Assembly: GCA_964187785.1 (NCBI GenBank)
Contig: OZ076409.1
Span: forward strand, 59,956,001-60,020,000
DNA from: Amphiscolops sp. MND2022
Taxonomy: Eukaryota
DNA: 64,000 nucleotides
Direction of reading: 5' to 3'
Below, in pieces: positions 59,436-64,000 of this stretch. Below the pieces are notes generated by a model. That model saw only the letters and a program-made list of their open reading frames with translations. It was not told where the DNA came from and made no database searches. The stretch's first letter is position 1. Every line of letters starts with the position of its first letter. The translations under genes and the position numbers were made by a program.

Positions 59436-60053
59436 GGATGTGAAAATTCTAAATAAATCACAACTTTTATATATGCTAACATAACTATAACACACTTTTA
59501 TGCCCCCCCCACCTGCAGTTTTTTTAGAAATTATTATTTTTCATTTTTAACCGAGTTTCATACTCGAACTTTTAAAATTCTCTACTAGTTCACTGTGAAT
59601 CAAATGGTTAATTATGGAAAAGTCAACGAATGTATCTCATGAGTGATATAAAGCAGTTAATTCAAGACCCAATACAATGTGAATTTTAATTTGTTCAACG
59701 TGAATCTTATTCCAATTAAAATAAACTTGCGGTACCAGAAAAACAGATTAAATGAAATATTCACAGCAGAAAAGTTCACAATTTCCGAAGGTGGGGTGTT
59801 GACAGAAGAGTGACTTGTAATTACTAAGAAGTGTGCCGAACTTTTTGAGATCAAAAAGTGTACTTTGTTGAATTGTGATAACCGTTGTAATAGTTTTTTA
59901 TCAAATCAAATTTACGTTGTCTTTTTAAAAAAATAGCTGCAGGAAGGCAAATGTTCACAGTTGTTTCATCTTTTCCGAGTGTTCGAATACTACGTTGTCT
60001 TGATATAACTATAGTTATTATTATAATTATAACATCCCTTTTCCTGGATTTAG

Positions 60054-60182
60054 ACCATGGAAGTTCCGGAGGAGCATCATCTCGATTCGAACCCGAATGA
60101 GAACCAGAAGAAAGGTCATAACTGGCTCCGTAAAAAACTGCACAACACTCACAACTGCTCCGAAACAACATCACATAATCAG
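60054..60182 (+). CDS. GPCR exon 3 (ICL3)
   Basis: tttag|ACC ATG GAA...AAT CAG|gtatgc; open only in phase 0-0, 43 codons. Confidence 0.55.
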
Positions 60183-60484
60183 GTATGCTCAAATAAATGA
60201 TCAACTTCCTTAGAATTTCTGGCTAGTTTTTGAAAAATCAGCCGCAGCAGAAACGTTGTATATAATGGGTATTCTTCAAATGAAAAACAAAAACTATCAT
60301 TTGAAGGGATCAAACCCTACCCAATTGGAGTACAATATTAGAGTTTACCGTTAAAATTATTTCTTCCCAAATCGTCACAACTCAGGACTGACTTTGAGTT
60401 GGTCGTTTTTTACTGAAAAAAATTATACACAAACTGTTTTTGTTTACAATCGGACTTTGAGCATATTTTTTGTTGCACGATCAG

Positions 60485-60670
60485 AACTCAAACCAGGAAC
60501 AGCATCCGGTCAAATCCACGATGGAGTTGATGACCGAGAGGTCGGGCAAGGTGTTCATTGTGATCACAATCGTGTACATCATCTGCTTCATTCCCAACGC
60601 ATTCCTCACCCTGCTCAACTTCATAATGGGCAAACGACTCTACCAGCTATCCCTGCCTTTTTTCATGAAG
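60485..60670 (+). CDS. GPCR exon 4 (TM6, ECL3); TM7 exon not found in window
   Basis: gatcag|AAC TCA...KVFIVITIVYIICFIPNAFL (CWxP-like)...ATG AAG|gtcagt. Confidence 0.75.
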
Positions 60671-62289
60671 GTCAGTTGCTTTTCGTTTTTTCTATCTCTC
60701 TAGTTGAGAAGAAATACTTTTCTAGCAAAAACCTTGTGGAAATTATCCATGATCACGTACGGTGTTCCATTTTCCTTGGAGATCTTGCAAGATCACCGTC
60801 GTATTTCGGATAAACCATTGTACCCCCATCTAATTACCATTGGATTGGCCTCCCGGAATGACATTCCAAAGGTAGATCAGAGACTTCTCGGTCTGTCAGA
60901 GCTGGAGCCAAGAGGTAACAGACATTTCGTGTTCTGCCCAGAGGGCCCAGGCGCTTCTTAGTCTGGGTACATAAATAGCTCCGGGCAGCAAAATCTATAA
61001 ATTCGCTGGCATTTGGAACTATTAAGTGAACAAATGTCACACCGAATTTCTCTAGCATTTGTTTGTATTTTGCAATCAAATGGAATTTTTCGTTCAAATC
61101 ACGGCCCACCAATCAAATGCAGAACGCAAAAAAGAGAGAAAAAAGTGAATTTTCTAGCAAAACCATTTTGAATGCAGAATGGCCAAAAAATAACTATAAC
61201 GTATTGTGTTATATAACAGCAATTATCAAAACTACTACAGCAAACCATGTTCCCGAAATAATACACCAACATCACTTTATCAAATCCTCGACCAACCAAA
61301 AAGGTCACCACATACTTAATTTTAACCGCTAAAACGAAGTCAATATTGCAAACGAGCTTCTCTGCGTTCCACAAACACGCCTGGAAACATCGAGAGAAAT
61401 TGAAAAAGCACCGTGGATTACCAATACTGATCCTTCTCCAGTCATCAAATCTACCGTGATGGGGACAAACGTTTCTGCTCGAGCTGCGGAAAATTTGAGT
61501 TGTTGAATCTTGCTCCGGTTTTAGATAGTTTATTGCTGTCAGATTGCTGAGCGAAATTAAGGTTGTAGTGATCCCTCACAAACCTAGTTATCAGACATTT
61601 CCTAGTCTTGCATCAGCTCTTGGACTGAGGTTTCTTAGTATGGGCCAGAGATTTCTTCAAGGGATTTTCCGCTGTCAAAATAGCACTAGCTGGGATGGCA
61701 AACAAGCCATCACCGTTTCTACAAGATGCTGACCTGTAATCGATTGACCGTCGCATTTCGGTCAAGGTTACAAAATTGTCATTTTAAGAAATCGTTTCAA
61801 AGGAGTTTTCCGACAAAATCTGTTTTTGAGACAGTGAAACGCTCAGAATGATTGAAATATCAAATATATACCACCTGTCTAACAGTTTCAGGACACTCTG
61901 TGCCAAAAAGTGTCATCAATGCTACCAAGGCCAGTGAGGTTACCCACAAAAACCTAAACATTAGGAAAACTATGAAACAGACACGGCATAAAAATACTAA
62001 CCGAGTTTCACATTTTCTTGAGTTTTCCATTCATGTCTTATTTCAAAATCTCATCAATACATCGTCAGTGAAATGTTGTTTCAGAGTCTCATAATTTCTA
62101 ATGGGCGAACCTTAGAATTCTTTAGTAATTCTTTAGAATTCTTCACATTGGTGGTAATTCAGCCCAATTTTTACTAAAAAGGCGAATTCGCAAAATCAAA
62201 GAAAGGATTCAATGCTGACTTTTAAACAGTTTGCTGTATTTGAAGAAGCGCGGACTACCAAAGTGACTAGTTCTCACTTTTCGTCTCTA

Positions 62290-63325
62290 ATTGCTGATGA
62301 CACAACGGTTTTTTAATATGGGTCGGAACTCAGAAAAAGAAATCACTGAAGATCTTCGAAAAATGCGAAATTGGTTTGACGTGAACAAATTAACACTCAA
62401 TGTCGAAAAATGCGAATCCATTAGTTTCGGTAGAGCGCAACCGGTAAATGAAGAAGCATTTGGTGAAAAATCCCATGCGAAAGTTCGTGCAAGTATGTAG
62501 CTGTATTAATTGACAATAAACTGAACTTCAACGATCATGTTTATCATGTATCAAAAAAACTGACCAAATTCTGCGGGCTGGTATATAGAAGAAGACACCT
62601 TTATCCCTTGCATTGTTTACTTCTATTTTATCAATCATATGCAAATCCCCTTATTACATATGGTCTTTTGAATTATGGCAGTACAGCCAAAACGAATCTT
62701 CATCCTATCGAAAATGCACAAAGGTGAATTATTCGAGCCATGTGTTTCAAAAAAATCCGAATCTCTCCAAAATATTATTGCGAATAGAAAATTGCTAGCA
62801 GTATACGAAATGTAAATATCGGAATTAGTTGTTGAACTTTTCAGACAATTGAGAGGAAATTCGCCATTTGACCATATGAAGGATCGTTTTGTTCCTTATG
62901 AAATAAATAAACGTAGAAAGTCAAAAAGTTTACTACCAGTAACAATCGATAGAACACAAATGAAAAGGCGTTCTCTCAGATATGCTGTCATCAAAACATG
63001 TAACTGGTTGAAGTCACGTGATCTGATGCCTCAGAAGGTTGAATCATTAACAAACGCACAAGTGAAGTCGAATTATGGAGGTATTTATACCAAACAATAA
63101 AGCACTCTTCGAAATATTTACAACAAAACTAGTACTGAACGTATCATTTATCAATTGACTACAAGCAATAAAAAGAAGTGAAATACGGGGTAGCTTCAAG
63201 ATGTCATTGTTGATTTTCTGGTGCGAAGACACTAGAAGAGCTGATCAGCTCATTCTTCGTCCCTTTTGTTTCTTTTGGTTGTATAGTTTTTTACTTATGT
63301 AATGCCATACAAACGAATAAATAAA
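62290..63325 (+). mobile_element. 5'-truncated LINE (CR1/L2-group-like) fragment, related to 35825-36580
   Basis: ADDTT...WFDVNKLTLNVEKC...KKLTKFCGLVY...ITYGLLNYG; ends at AATAAATAAA. Confidence 0.8.
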
Positions 63326-64000
63326 TTGTTTCTTTCTTTCTTCAAAATCACATCGAAATGTCAACGTTTGTGTTCAGTTTGTTCATCTTCTTTAGTAGTT
63401 CCAAACCGCCATGAAGCACATGTTGATCGTATCGGGATCCTATCGTTAAGGTTTTTAACACTGTGCGGCGTTTCTGAAATTGTTTTCATTTCACCGAAAG
63501 GTTTCGCATTGTTTCTTTTAGTTGTTTTCAGATTTTGAAACGTTTAGTAACACGAAAGTCTTTTTGAAAGAAATTCTTTGCGCTTTTTGAGCCTTGGGTG
63601 GGGCACCGACTGGTCTCGTAAATTTTTTCTCAACTCAAGGATTGTCAACTTCTCTCAGACGGCCGAACAAAAACTATAAAACTATTATGAATTGCGTTGT
63701 CAAGGTGCGCAAAGGTTCTCGATTGATTGCTACAAATGTGTTCCATTTTGTGTACCATAATGTACTCTTTGTCGAAACAACAATGTACAACGCTATAAAC
63801 TGCGATACCAAAAAATCTACATCACTTGTTTTTGCCAACGAAAGATTTCGAAGCGTACTGAATCTACCGATATGCGGTTAACAAAAAAGTCGCAGATGTA
63901 AACCTAGTTGAATTTTAGATAGTGGTTGGAACTCACAATAGTATTTTTAGTTGGCAAATCGAATACAAATTTCGAAAATTGTATTGTTTTGGAACAACTT

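Overview
Repeat-rich, AT-rich eukaryotic (invertebrate-like) genomic DNA; no prokaryotic operons, rRNA, tRNA or CRISPR. The window is dominated by a young, giant 18.85-kb Ty3/Gypsy LTR retrotransposon (2329-21179, minus strand, near-identical ~730-bp LTRs) inserted in sense orientation into intron 4 of a host gene for a secreted protein with two F-type-lectin-like domains (exons 26767->1941). Reconstructing across a few lesions, the element encodes a ~3,100-codon Gag-Pol with unusual additions: a degenerate protease copy before the active one, and after the integrase an AT-hook, a Cys cluster and two tandem degenerate TARG1/OARD1-like macrodomains. It also carries a ~1,400-codon second ORF in the env position, with a degenerate SGNH/GDSL-hydrolase-like domain and its own splice acceptor. 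A non-autonomous relative (48052-54410; related LTR, same PBS and leader, but a 3x AT-hook ORF instead of gag-pol) is nested in an older decayed Gypsy element (45297-56266). Both family members show an apparent 3-bp target-site duplication and a PBS displaced 15 nt from the LTR. Also present: a coding solo LTR with 5-bp TSD, a 1.25-kb tandem duplication, long palindromes, a hAT MITE, LINE fragments, and a partial rhodopsin-like GPCR gene whose exon phases imply non-GT (GA, and GG or GC) splice donors. All domain calls are by-eye motif recognition, not database searches.
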